Of a stretch of DNA of 64,000 nt, positions 19,206 to 29,690 are shown piece after piece (within the stretch, counting starts at the first letter, position 1; each line of letters opens with the position of its first letter). The stretch is taken from positions 5,424 through 69,423 of the forward strand of contig JAUZOF010000001.1 in NCBI GenBank assembly GCA_030706585.1, written 5' to 3'. The stretch is from Bacteroidota bacterium (GTDB lineage Bacteria; Bacteroidota; Bacteroidia; Bacteroidales; UBA7332). Under the pieces are notes generated by a model, which did no database searches, had not been told where the DNA came from, and worked only from the letters and a program-made list of their open reading frames with translations. A program made the position numbers and the translations under genes.

Positions 19206-20279
19206 ATGAAAAAGATAGTGCTTTTAATATTGATTTTAAGTTCGACTTTGTGTATGGCTCGTCAAAGTTCCATGCACCCGGACGCACAGATTCGTTTTGT
19301 GAAATTGAAGATAAAGCAGAAGGCAGAGCCTTGTTTTAGTGCTTATGAACAGCTAATTCATATCGCAGATTCTTTGCAAAACAAGCCGCATCACGCGCTT
19401 GAAAATTTTTCTGTACCGGGTTTTTATTTTAAACCGGAACTGCATAAAAAGAACTCTTTAGCATTGTCCGGAGATGCATTTGCTGCTTATGCCAGCGCTC
19501 TTGCTTTCAGATTGTCTGGAGATAAAAAGTACGGAGCAAAAGCATGCTATTTCCTGAATGCCTGGGCCTCTGTTAATAAAAAATGTTCGGATGCAGACGG
19601 AGAGTTGGTGCTTGCCTATAATGGTACGGCGTTGTTGATAGCTGCTGAATTGATCGACGGATCCGGAATTTGGAATAATCGCGAACGAAATCAATTTGTA
19701 AACTGGGTGACGTCGGTCTACCAGCCTGCTGTAAATGATATTCGGGTTCGGAAAAATAATTGGGGAGATTGGGGACGGTTTGGCTCGCTTCTTTGCGCAT
19801 CGTTTTTAGCTGATAAGAAAGAGATTCAAGAAAACATACGGTTGATTAAGTCAGATCTCGATCAAAAAATAGCCCCTGACGGCCGAATGATTGAGGAAGT
19901 GAAACGGGAGAAGAACGGAATATGGTACACCTATTTCTCGTTGGCTCCAATTACTGCGGCCTGCTGGGTTGCCTACAATTGCACAGGAGAGAATCTGTTT
20001 CTGTCCGATAAAGAGGGACGATTGATAAAAAGTGCCTTGGATTATTTGTGTTATTACTCAAAACATCCCGATGAATGGAAGTGGTTTTCCAATCCGCGAA
20101 ACGGGGAAGGTGAACCCTGGCCGGAAAATTTATTGGAAGCGATGAACGGTATTTATAATGAGAAGAGTTATACTGAGTTTGTTCAACCGAAAAGGCCGGT
20201 TATTTATCCTTTTCACGCTTATGCATGGACATTCCCGACGTTGATGCCTTTGCGCATCGGCACATATCCTGCAAAATAG
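19206..20279 (+). CDS. Alginate-lyase-fold (PF05426-like) polysaccharide lyase
   Basis: Helical-toroid pattern (A..FLNAW, NNWGDW, PDG.M.EE.KR...GIWYT.FSL); signal peptide. Confidence 0.75.
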   Translation: MKKIVLLILILSSTLCMARQSSMHPDAQIRFVKLKIKQKAEPCFSAYEQLIHIADSLQNKPHHALENFSVPGFYFKPELHKKNSLALSGDAFAAYASALAFRLSGDKKYGAKACYFLNAWASVNKKCSDADGELVLAYNGTALLIAAELIDGSGIWNNRERNQFVNWVTSVYQPAVNDIRVRKNNWGDWGRFGSLLCASFLADKKEIQENIRLIKSDLDQKIAPDGRMIEEVKREKNGIWYTYFSLAPITAACWVAYNCTGENLFLSDKEGRLIKSALDYLCYYSKHPDEWKWFSNPRNGEGEPWPENLLEAMNGIYNEKSYTEFVQPKRPVIYPFHAYAWTFPTLMPLRIGTYPAK

Positions 20280-20340
20280 AGATCATGCACCAACGATGAT
20301 TCCTTCTCCTTGTATTTATTTTTCAATCACGAACAAAATT

Positions 20341-21255
20341 ATGAAGAAATATTTTTTCTTGCTATCGTTAATCTGGATGTTCTCTGCATCTGCTGTCGGA
20401 GCTCAGGAGTTTATCCGGATTTGGAAACCGGGGTGTATGGCGAACAGCAGAGGATTAAGCGTAAAAGATAGTATGAATGCAGAACTTATTTGCCGGGTGT
20501 CTGTGCCTGGTATGTATGCATTCAGGCCTTCAAATGCAGAGAACAAAGGCGCTGCCGTATTGATTCTGCCATCCGGCGGTTATTCGGTGCTTTCTTATGC
20601 TACCGGATTTCAGTTGGCAAAATGGTTTAATACTATCGGAGTGACTGCTTTTGTCCTTAAATACCGTTTGCCGCAATCTCCGGATGTAATCGATTCGTAT
20701 AAAGCGCCGCTGCAGGATGCACAAAGAGCGATGAGATGGATTCGTTCAAAATCAAAAGAGTGGGGGTATGATGCAACTAAAGTGGGTGTAATGGGAGCTT
20801 CGGCAGGAGGTCATATTGCGGCATGTCTGTCCACGATCACCAATGAGTGGTATCTTCCGAATGATTCGATTGATTACAACAGTTTTATACCAGCCTTTGC
20901 AATTCTCATTTCGCCGGTCATCTCCATGCTGGAAGCGGCTCATGTGCCCAGCCGGAATACGCTTTTGGGGAAAAAGGCAACACCAGCACTCCTGGAACAA
21001 TTTTCCTGCCAATTGCATGTAGGCATACAAACTCCACCATCTTTTATCGCACTGGCAGAAGATGACCAAACTGTGTCACCCGTAAACAGTCTTTTATATT
21101 TTTCAAGTCTCTTGAAGCAGGATGTTAAGGGGTGTTCGCTGCATATTTTCCCCAATGGAGGACATAGTATTCGGGTACGTAAGAATCCGGGAATAACTGG
21201 ATATTGGCCAGTGTTGGCGGAAAACTGGTTGATTGAAACTGGTATAATAAATTAA
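20341..21255 (+). CDS. Alpha/beta hydrolase (acetyl/feruloyl esterase-like)
   Basis: PSGGY, FVLKYRLP, QDAQRAMR, GASAGGH, DD.TV, GGH. Confidence 0.88.
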   Translation: MKKYFFLLSLIWMFSASAVGAQEFIRIWKPGCMANSRGLSVKDSMNAELICRVSVPGMYAFRPSNAENKGAAVLILPSGGYSVLSYATGFQLAKWFNTIGVTAFVLKYRLPQSPDVIDSYKAPLQDAQRAMRWIRSKSKEWGYDATKVGVMGASAGGHIAACLSTITNEWYLPNDSIDYNSFIPAFAILISPVISMLEAAHVPSRNTLLGKKATPALLEQFSCQLHVGIQTPPSFIALAEDDQTVSPVNSLLYFSSLLKQDVKGCSLHIFPNGGHSIRVRKNPGITGYWPVLAENWLIETGIIN

Positions 21256-21284
21256 GAAGTAGCTGTATATTAATTGAAAACATT

Positions 21285-22526
21285 ATGAAGAGACTATTTT
21301 TTTTGCTGATTTTGGTTGTCGGCAGTGTGATTATTCCCGATTTATCAGCGCAAAACAATGGTGCGGAGAATCGACGTCTTGAATGGCTTAACTATCTTGA
21401 CAAAATTGCAAAACCCGTAATGTCGAACCTCGCAAACGACCGCTTGCGTGAAGAAATGCCAGTGTCGGTTCCGTCTATTAGCGATGATCCGAAGAATAGG
21501 AAAAAGGTGGCTTATCTCGAAATCTTTGGCAGAACTTTGAGTGGAATTGCTCCCTGGCTTAATTCGGAAGGTGGCTCGCAAGATGAGATAGCATTGAGAA
21601 ATCGTTACCGCGAATGGAGCCTGAAAGCGATCGATAATGCCACGAATCCTGCGGCAAAAGATTATGTGGCATGGATGGCACCTATCCCTCAGCCCTTGGT
21701 AGATGCATCCTATGTTGCACTGGCTCTTATCCGGGCTCCGTGGCTCTGGAATCATTTGGATACCAAAGTGCAGAATCAGGTTGTTGAAGCCTTGAAAAAA
21801 ACGCGGTCAACCGTTCCGGTGTATAACAACTGGATATTGTTTTCAGCGATGATAGAAGCATTCTTCTGTCAGTACGATATTCCGTATGATCCGGTTCGTA
21901 TTGAATTCGGCATTCGCGAATTTATGGAACACTGGTATACGGGAGATGGAATGTTCTCGGATGGAAATCCGTTTAATATAAATTATTACAATAGCTATGT
22001 TATTCAGCCGTATATGAATACAATTATGTATGTAATGATACAGAAAACTAACAGGTATAAACAATACGCGGGTAAATTGGATACGATCAGCAAACGGTAT
22101 GCACAATTGCAAGAGAGATGTATCAATGCAGATGGATCTTTCCCGGCAACGGGCCGATCAATAGTCTACCGAGGTGCAGCGTTTCAACACCTTGCGGATA
22201 TGGCTTTGCATAAAAATTTGCCGGTATCTTTGACTGAAGGGCAGGTGCGGGCTGCACTGACCGCTGTGATTCGAAAAACGTTGGATGCACCGAATACATT
22301 CTCGACTGCCGGGTGGCTGAATTTAGGAGTTTGCGGAGACCAGCCCGGATTAGCAGATGTATATAACAATACCGGAAGCTTATATATATGCACCAATATT
22401 TTTCTACCGCTTGGTTTGTCGGTGAACGATTCGTTTTGGACGTGTGAGGATAAAGCCTGGACGGCAGTGAAAATTTGGTCGGGCCAGGATGTGAACGGCG
22501 ATCATGCATTGGAATTTAATCATTAA
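21285..22526 (+). CDS. DUF2264 protein (GH154 beta-glucuronidase-like)
   Basis: YLEIFGRTLSGIAPW, QPLVDA, NNWILF, GDG.FSDG, YYNSYVIQP, GRSIVYR, TGSLY. Confidence 0.85.
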   Translation: MKRLFFLLILVVGSVIIPDLSAQNNGAENRRLEWLNYLDKIAKPVMSNLANDRLREEMPVSVPSISDDPKNRKKVAYLEIFGRTLSGIAPWLNSEGGSQDEIALRNRYREWSLKAIDNATNPAAKDYVAWMAPIPQPLVDASYVALALIRAPWLWNHLDTKVQNQVVEALKKTRSTVPVYNNWILFSAMIEAFFCQYDIPYDPVRIEFGIREFMEHWYTGDGMFSDGNPFNINYYNSYVIQPYMNTIMYVMIQKTNRYKQYAGKLDTISKRYAQLQERCINADGSFPATGRSIVYRGAAFQHLADMALHKNLPVSLTEGQVRAALTAVIRKTLDAPNTFSTAGWLNLGVCGDQPGLADVYNNTGSLYICTNIFLPLGLSVNDSFWTCEDKAWTAVKIWSGQDVNGDHALEFNH

Positions 22527-22547
22527 TCAAACCTAAATATAAAAAAT

Positions 22548-23765
22548 ATGAGATTGAAACTACACGTTGCACTGCTTGTGTGTGTTGTTGGAACCATAAC
22601 CTTATGTGCACAATCCAAAGCTACATCAAAATCTTTTCTTACCACCATCAATCAAAAACTTGATTTTGCAGTAAAACAAGAGATAAAGATGGCTGAAAGT
22701 GTAAAAGATCGGCCTGGAAAGTTTCCCGTTACGCTGGATAAGAATGGAAATCTGGCTTTATGTGATACTACTTCATGGACATGTGGCTTTTTCCCGGGAA
22801 CGCTTTGGTATTTGTACGGATATTCTAAAAATGAGCAGATAAAACAGCATGCCAAACTTTTCTCCGATCGTTTGGAAGGCATGCAAAATGCTACCAATAC
22901 GCATGATATTGGTTTTATTGTCTATTGTAGTTATGGCAATGGTTATCGGTTGACTGGCGATGCTGACTATAAAGCTAAGATTATAAGAGCCGCTCAATCT
23001 CTCTGTACAAGATTCAGTCCGGTGACGGGATGTATAAAGTCATGGGACAGAGGTGCCGGGGTTTATCCGGTGATTATTGATAACATGATGAATCTCGAAT
23101 TGTTGTTTGAAGCATATAAACTTACCGGGAATTCTAAATTTCGGGAAGTGGCTGTTGCTCATGCAAATACTACCATGAAAAATCATTTTCGTAATGATGC
23201 AAGTTGCTATCATGTCGTTTTCTATGATCCGGTAACGGGAAAAGTAAAAGCTCGTAAAACACGTCAGGGGTTTGCCGACGAATCTTCCTGGTCACGAGGT
23301 CAGGCATGGGCTCTGTATGGCTATACCATGTGTTATCGCGAAACGAAAGATGTCGTTTATTTGCATCAGGCACAAAAAATAGCGGCTTTCATTCTCAATC
23401 ATCCCCGTTTGCCAAAGGATAAAATTCCGTATTGGGATTTTGATGACACTAAAATTCCGAATGTTTGCCGAGATGCTTCTGCGGGAGCCGTTATATCTTC
23501 TGCCCTGATTGAGTTGAGTCAATACGTATCCAAAGACGACGCCAGGAAATATTTGAATGTGGCAAAAGTGCAATTGCAGGCTCTCTCTTCACCGGTATAT
23601 CTGGCTCAAGATGCATCCAATAGAAATTTTCTCTTAAAGCATAGCGTAGGTTCAATGCCCGATAACATGGAAGTGGATGTGCCACTGCCATATGCCGATT
23701 ATTATTATCTGGAGGCCCTGATCCGTTATCGTAAGCTGCTTAACGGAGCTTCGTTGTTTAAGTAA
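22548..23765 (+). CDS. GH88 unsaturated glucuronyl hydrolase
   Basis: WTCGFFPG.LW, THDIGF, IIDNMMNL, WSRGQAW, YWDF, RDASA, YADYYYLEAL. Confidence 0.95.
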   Translation: MRLKLHVALLVCVVGTITLCAQSKATSKSFLTTINQKLDFAVKQEIKMAESVKDRPGKFPVTLDKNGNLALCDTTSWTCGFFPGTLWYLYGYSKNEQIKQHAKLFSDRLEGMQNATNTHDIGFIVYCSYGNGYRLTGDADYKAKIIRAAQSLCTRFSPVTGCIKSWDRGAGVYPVIIDNMMNLELLFEAYKLTGNSKFREVAVAHANTTMKNHFRNDASCYHVVFYDPVTGKVKARKTRQGFADESSWSRGQAWALYGYTMCYRETKDVVYLHQAQKIAAFILNHPRLPKDKIPYWDFDDTKIPNVCRDASAGAVISSALIELSQYVSKDDARKYLNVAKVQLQALSSPVYLAQDASNRNFLLKHSVGSMPDNMEVDVPLPYADYYYLEALIRYRKLLNGASLFK

Positions 23766-23785
23766 TGTCGTTATACTTTTTGGTC

Positions 23786-25240
23786 ATGAATAAGAATTTG
23801 AAAATCATTTTGTCCGTGTTGTTGCTGATATTTTGGTCGGATGTGCTTCCGGCAAAATGTGTTTGCCCGGCTTCGGAACCGGTTGCCACGGATACAGCCG
23901 GTGTTCGCATTGGATCAAAATCGGTGCAACATGTCGATGCGGTATCATTAGGGATATTCAGAAATGACATCTGTTTGCCATCAACATTATATATGTTGGA
24001 TGGCGTACAGAACAATGTTTTTGTAGAACCGTTGATCAAACGTTGGAGGCCGTATAACGATGTTGTCAGGTTTTCGGGAACTGTTAAATTCCAACGGCGG
24101 CTTGAACGGGTTGCAAGCATCTCCTCACCTCAGAATGGAGATTCTCTCCGTTTGCAATTGATCAATCTAGATGAATTTGAAACTGTAAAAGCAATGTCTT
24201 CTGTTATTTCGGTAGGACGTCCGGGCGTTGGTACAGATACGGTGACGGTTTCTATTATTGGAGATAGCTTTACGTATGGAGCTTTTTTCAAGGATGCACT
24301 TTTAAAAAAAGGATATGTGCCCAAAATCCGGATGGTTGGACTACAGGAAGTAGATGGCTGTCCGGGACAATTTGACGAAGGACGTCCGGGATGGTCATTG
24401 CAGGGCTACTTTAGAGTAAGTAAAGGCAGAGCCGATGCCTATAACGGGTTTTGGCAACCGGAAGGAGACTGTAAATATTGGGGTTCTACCGCTTTTTGGC
24501 AGCTAGTGCATGAAATCAATCGTTTCCCTAATAAAAAATGGGAACCTAAAGAAATTTATTTTACCAAGAGATATTTCAAGGAGGCATATGTGTTCGATCA
24601 ACAAACCGGGTTGAAACTAAATCCTCGAAAAAATGACATCATGTATGATAATGCTTTGGCTCATTTCGTGAGATATGATGGAAGAAAATGGGTGGAAACA
24701 AAATATGAACAATATCAATGGAGCTTTGATTATGGTAAGTATTTGTCGATGTGGAGTCTGAAAGCCCCTTCCATTTTAGTGGAATTTCTTGGACTCAACG
24801 ATTTTCGGGATTTTCCTAATCCAGCTACAATCGATTTCAACACATGGAACAAACAAATCGAACAAATGGCACAATCGTATCTGAAAGTAGTGCCGGCTGG
24901 CCGGTTTGTGGTAATGATTCCACAATCGACTTGTGGTATGTTGAATAATATGGCCGGTGATTTTACTATTAAGCAAAATGCATGCATGTGGCAAGTACGA
25001 AAGAATATCATTGAAAGATTCGATAGACGGGAAGCCGAGCATATATACGTTGTGGATGCTGGTATTGGTATCGATAATCGGGATGGATATAAATTCTCAT
25101 CAGATGATAAATATACAATGCCTTATACTGAAAATTCCGAAGTAAATAAAATAGAAGTTCAATGGGGTAATCCGCATCCGTATCCTAACTATCCAGTGAT
25201 GGGAATACCTCTTGCTGCTTTTATTCAGAAATATAGGTGA
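23786..25240 (+). CDS. SGNH/GDSL hydrolase (putative acetylesterase)
   Basis: IIGDSFT, EGRPGW, LGLND, NPHP; signal-like N-terminus. Start is 23765 or 23786. Confidence 0.75.
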   Translation: MNKNLKIILSVLLLIFWSDVLPAKCVCPASEPVATDTAGVRIGSKSVQHVDAVSLGIFRNDICLPSTLYMLDGVQNNVFVEPLIKRWRPYNDVVRFSGTVKFQRRLERVASISSPQNGDSLRLQLINLDEFETVKAMSSVISVGRPGVGTDTVTVSIIGDSFTYGAFFKDALLKKGYVPKIRMVGLQEVDGCPGQFDEGRPGWSLQGYFRVSKGRADAYNGFWQPEGDCKYWGSTAFWQLVHEINRFPNKKWEPKEIYFTKRYFKEAYVFDQQTGLKLNPRKNDIMYDNALAHFVRYDGRKWVETKYEQYQWSFDYGKYLSMWSLKAPSILVEFLGLNDFRDFPNPATIDFNTWNKQIEQMAQSYLKVVPAGRFVVMIPQSTCGMLNNMAGDFTIKQNACMWQVRKNIIERFDRREAEHIYVVDAGIGIDNRDGYKFSSDDKYTMPYTENSEVNKIEVQWGNPHPYPNYPVMGIPLAAFIQKYR

Positions 25241-25785
25241 AGTCTTTAGGTCTGTCTTTAAACTTTCATGAGTAATTACAGCATACATATAGTATGTTAA
25301 CACGAAAGAAAGCGATGCATATAAATCTAATTGGATTAGAGCTGATGTGTATTATTCGCTAATTTTAAGGATAAATGTATCTTGAAGTAGATGATGACTT
25401 ATGTAATATTGGAATTTGTTATTTTTAACGAAGAGTGCGTAGCTCTTTTGGCAATGTCAAAATAGTATTGTCGGTTACGCTATCATATTCGCACATTTAG
25501 TAAATGTTTGCTTGTAATTGCAATCTGATCAATGAAATTCCGATAACGAATTGAATATAGAAATCTCTTGTTAGGATCAGATCCAAACTGGATATGTAAA
25601 TATGTTATAATCAATTAATTATAAGGTGTTTGTGTTTTTAGTGGTATGGGCGGAACGTGAACCTTTGCTGCGGTTTGTTGTTTTCCCCTTTTTACCAGTT
25701 GAATTTACCTTGGGGTACAATTAAATGTGCGGTTTTGAAGGCGTTTTTAACAAAAAAATTCACTTTTCTTTTATCCTTCTATTGG

Positions 25786-25825
25786 GTCGTAAAACAGGTA
25801 TTACCTCTCGTTTTACGGCTTTTTC
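25786..25825 (+). terminator. Possible intrinsic terminator between the PUL and rteC
   Basis: GTCGTAAAAC...GTTTTACGGC stem followed by TTTTT. Confidence 0.45.
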
Positions 25826-26125
25826 GATTCAATGAATTATACTAATGGCAGTAGCTAATTTGTCCTTTGTAATGAATAACCTGAAGGGAAACAGAATCTA
25901 TATCGTATGGGATTAAAGGACTCCGGAATGTCGAATGATATATAAAGAGGCGTGAGAGGTTGAAAAAGATCCTAAATTCTTTTTGTCTATTCGACTCAGA
26001 GGATAAATAGAAATAGCCACCAAATTATAAAAGAAGAATAGTCATATGTTAACACGAGATTAATTCCAGAACAATCAGGGTCAATGTTGATGTTCAATGT
26101 TGATATCTAAATTCAAAATTTAATA

Positions 26126-26965
26126 ATGACTTTTATTCAAAATTTCACAGAGAGTTTGCACAAACAACTGCAATTAATAGAATTAGAAGAATCGAATATT
26201 ATAGATAAGGCATCGGCCTCAATAGCATTATTGGAAAATCAATTTGCGGAGCTTAAATCTTTAGTTGTTGAACATTCGTTCAAAGATAAAGATTCTGAAA
26301 TTCATTTTTTCAAGATAATCAAACCTCATTTGAGTTGTAAACTAATCTATTATAAAAGAATATATAATATAGAGATGTCCCGTCCGGCAGGTAGCAATAT
26401 TGCTATCAAATCTTATTTGGAAAAGGAACTGAACCGGATTCACCATTATTTTGAGAAGCATATAGAGTTCTATAAATATTATAGAGGTGGCCATACGCAT
26501 TTCGATCATCACTATTTTCTTCGTAAGAAGCCGGATATTCAATTGGTATTAGATAGTTTTTACTTTGAACGTGATCTTCGGTTTTCTACCTGTTGTGATT
26601 TTATAGTAGCTAAAATTCTGGCGAATGACATGCTAACAGTATACATTAATAACGAGTTGGAACGACTTGAAAAGGCATCTGAAGACCCAAACGGATTGAT
26701 TTTTCCCAAAGTGAAAGAAACCTGGACTGGAAGCAAAACAGATCTTGTAGAATTGATTTATGCTCTATGTGAAATGGGATGTTTCAATTTTGGGAAGATG
26801 TCTCTCAAGCGTCTTACCGACTATTTCGAAAATGTGTTTAATGTTGATTTAGGAGACGTTTACCACACGTATCTTTCTATAAGAGGTCGTAATAACAGAA
26901 CTCAGTTTCTGGATGAACTTAAATCAAAGTTGATTGCAAAGATGAATAAAGATGATCAGAAATAG
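26126..26965 (+). CDS. rteC: RteC-domain transcriptional regulator
   Basis: EIHFFKIIKP, FYKYYR.G.THFD..YF.R, AKILAND, WTGSKTDLVELIYAL, RTQFLDEL. Confidence 0.92.
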   Translation: MTFIQNFTESLHKQLQLIELEESNIIDKASASIALLENQFAELKSLVVEHSFKDKDSEIHFFKIIKPHLSCKLIYYKRIYNIEMSRPAGSNIAIKSYLEKELNRIHHYFEKHIEFYKYYRGGHTHFDHHYFLRKKPDIQLVLDSFYFERDLRFSTCCDFIVAKILANDMLTVYINNELERLEKASEDPNGLIFPKVKETWTGSKTDLVELIYALCEMGCFNFGKMSLKRLTDYFENVFNVDLGDVYHTYLSIRGRNNRTQFLDELKSKLIAKMNKDDQK

Positions 26966-27100
26966 ATGATGCCATTTTTACCAAGCTTATCTTTTTTTAT
27001 TGCAAACTAATGTTTTTATTACAATATTGATAATCAGGATATATTGGTGTCAGAAATACCAATTATTATACCAAGATTTTATACTTTAAAGTCGAGTATT

Positions 27101-27133
27101 AAGCCTCTGAACAAATGTTTCAGAGGTTTTTTT
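27101..27133 (+). terminator. Intrinsic terminator downstream of rteC
   Basis: AAGCCTCTGAA...TTCAGAGGTTT followed by a T-run. Confidence 0.7.
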
Positions 27134-27312
27134 ATGCCCAAAAATCAGCTCAACTTTCTTATACCAAGATTTTTATTGGCAGATATGTGGAAATCTATTC
27201 ATAGTCGGTTTGTAGACAGTGAATTTCGGACTGTTGAAAAAATAGTTGTACCAACTGTACAACCTCGGTTTCTTCTTTTGTGGACCTTTGCAAGCATTAA
27301 AACCAAAAATTA

Positions 27313-27672
27313 ATGGAAGTTATAACAATGGAAGCGGCGGCTTATAAGGAAATTGTGGCAAAAATAAATACAATTGCCAAATTCGTGGTGGAGCACCAGA
27401 CAGTTGAGACAAAGAATCCAGATGAAGAATGGGTCGATAGCTATGAGGTTTGTACTTTTCTCCAGATTAGTCAACGCACCTTACAGAGACTACGTTCTAG
27501 TGGTATCATCTCGTATTCGCTTATTTCAGGTAAAACTTATTATACCATTGGTGAAATCAAGCGGATGCTCAATGAACGGCGAGTGCGTAGTACTAAAGAA
27601 GCTTTACAAAATCTAATCGACAATCATTATCACTATGCTCAACAAAGAAGAGTTGCTAAGGAAAACAAATAG
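27313..27672 (+). CDS. HTH_17 excisionase-like DNA-binding protein
   Basis: WVDSYEVCTFLQISQRTLQRLRS.G.I.YS.I.GK.YY. Confidence 0.88.
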   Translation: MEVITMEAAAYKEIVAKINTIAKFVVEHQTVETKNPDEEWVDSYEVCTFLQISQRTLQRLRSSGIISYSLISGKTYYTIGEIKRMLNERRVRSTKEALQNLIDNHYHYAQQRRVAKENK

Positions 27673-29680
27673 GGGACTGGATGTGTTCAAACATTATATC
27701 CCGGGGCAATGGCGCATTGGTCGGAATTTCCTAAATCCTTTGTACGAGGATAAACGGGCTTCCTGCAATGTGTTCTTTGACCGTAAAAATGGATATTATA
27801 GAATCAAGGATTTTGGTAATGATGATTTTAGCGGAGACTGTTTCTTTTATGCCGGGAAACAAAATGGCTTGGACTGCAATAACCCCAAAGATTTTATAGA
27901 AATACTTCAAATTATTAATAGGGATTTGTCGTTGCATCTGAATGATGATGTACTACCAGTTAAAACGACTTTGCCGAGGAATCTATCCAGCCCCAAACCG
28001 GAAATAAGTGCAGAACCGAAAAAGAATAAGCCCTATAATATTATCCAGCAAAATTACACGGCAAAAGAATCATCTTTTTGGGTACAATATGGTGTTACCG
28101 CTGAAGTTTTGAAAGCTTATAAGGTGATTTCCTTGAAAGAATATCGAAGTGTAAATAACGAGGGCAAGCCTTTTATTTTGCAATCATCGGAGACGGAACC
28201 TTTATTCGGATACATTGGCAAACGATGTATAAAGATTTACCGTCCATTTTCATCCATACGTTTTTTATATGGAGGAGATATTGGAGAAAGCTATTGTTTT
28301 GGATTGGAGCATTTGCCGGCCAAAGGCGATACACTATTTATTACCGGTGGAGAAAAAGACGTGTTGTCGTTAGCATCACATCGATTTTATGCGATTTGTT
28401 TCAACAGCGAAACAGCAAACATTCCTGTGACGATTATTCGAAGGTTATCTCATCGTTTCAAACATATCGTGTTGCTTTATGATGTCGATAAGACGGGATT
28501 GGAATCTTCAATAAAGCATCAGCAGCAATTATCTGAATTCAGTGTCAGACGACTTGTGCTGCCTCTTTCCGGCGAAAAAACGGACAAAGATATTTCCGAT
28601 TACTTCAAAGCAGGGAATACCCGAGAGCATTTTCTAAAATTATTTCTTGAATTTTTAGATACAATATATAGCGAAACTATGGCCATATTAAAGCCTTGTG
28701 AAATAGATTTTAATAATCCACCGATAAAAGCGGAAATGATTATTTCCATTAATGATGTTCCCTTGGGAACTCAGGGTAATTTGTTAGGCATTACGGGTGG
28801 AGAAGGAACGGGAAAAAGTAATTATGTTGGGTGCCTGATTACCGGAGCCATCCGTAATGCCAATTCAACTGTTGATACCCTTGGAACAACGATTGATACA
28901 AATAATGTAAATAAAGCAGTGTTGCTTTATGATACTGAACAGTCAGAAATGCAGCTTTACAAGAACATATCAAATATTTTGCGAAGGGGTAAACAAAATA
29001 CTATGGTTCCTTGTTTCAAGGCATATTGTCTGACAAGTATGTCACGAAAAGAACGACTTCAGGCAATTATTCAAAGTATGGATAGGTTCTACTATCAATA
29101 TGGCGGAATACATATGGTGGTGATCGATGGTATTGCCGACCTGGTACGAGGTGCAAACGATGAAGCAGAGAGTATAGCTGTGATTGACGAATTGTACCGC
29201 TTAGCCGGTATTTACAAAACTTGTATTGTTTGTGTACTCCATTTTATTCCCAATGGGATGAAATTGCGTGGCCATTTGGGATCGGAATTACAACGTAAGG
29301 CTGCGGCTATTTTATCGATTGAACGGGATGAGAACCCTCAAATCTCCGTTGTCAAAGCTTTGAAGGTTCGTGATGGTAGCCCATTGGATGTTCCATTGAT
29401 TCAGTTTGCATGGGATAAGGAAATAGGAATGCATGCCTACCTGGGAGAAAAGTCCAAAGAGGATAAAGAAAAACGCAAAGAAATCGAACTCATTGGAATA
29501 GCCCGGAATATCTTCAGTAAACAACGGTATTGCACCTACGTGGATTTATGCGAACAGATACAACTGCTTTTGGACGTGAAAGAACGTACTGCCAAAAGCT
29601 ATATTAAATTTATGAGGGAAAAGGATATTATTCTGAAAGATCCCTCTAATGTTAGCTATTTTATTATTGGCCACCAATAA
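27635..29680 (+). CDS. Toprim primase / AAA_25 helicase fusion
   Basis: Toprim ITGGEKD and YDVD; Walker A GGEGTGKS, DTEQS, VIDGIAD, RGHLGSEL. Confidence 0.88.
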   Translation: MLNKEELLRKTNRGLDVFKHYIPGQWRIGRNFLNPLYEDKRASCNVFFDRKNGYYRIKDFGNDDFSGDCFFYAGKQNGLDCNNPKDFIEILQIINRDLSLHLNDDVLPVKTTLPRNLSSPKPEISAEPKKNKPYNIIQQNYTAKESSFWVQYGVTAEVLKAYKVISLKEYRSVNNEGKPFILQSSETEPLFGYIGKRCIKIYRPFSSIRFLYGGDIGESYCFGLEHLPAKGDTLFITGGEKDVLSLASHRFYAICFNSETANIPVTIIRRLSHRFKHIVLLYDVDKTGLESSIKHQQQLSEFSVRRLVLPLSGEKTDKDISDYFKAGNTREHFLKLFLEFLDTIYSETMAILKPCEIDFNNPPIKAEMIISINDVPLGTQGNLLGITGGEGTGKSNYVGCLITGAIRNANSTVDTLGTTIDTNNVNKAVLLYDTEQSEMQLYKNISNILRRGKQNTMVPCFKAYCLTSMSRKERLQAIIQSMDRFYYQYGGIHMVVIDGIADLVRGANDEAESIAVIDELYRLAGIYKTCIVCVLHFIPNGMKLRGHLGSELQRKAAAILSIERDENPQISVVKALKVRDGSPLDVPLIQFAWDKEIGMHAYLGEKSKEDKEKRKEIELIGIARNIFSKQRYCTYVDLCEQIQLLLDVKERTAKSYIKFMREKDIILKDPSNVSYFIIGHQ

Positions 29681-29690
29681 AAACCGAATT

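Noticed and set aside
25657-25845. Short ORFs in spacers (also 31229-31429, 33131-33373, 52302-52499)
   Set aside because: Most have weak starts, none has a motif, and they overlap hairpins, terminators or the oriT region.
25241-26125. ICE attachment site
   Set aside because: No integrase, tRNA end or matching repeat at another boundary is visible, so it cannot be supported from this window.
27044-27313. 89-aa ORF with repeated PRF motifs
   Set aside because: It is a translation of the TACCAAGATTTT DNA repeats and spans a terminator.
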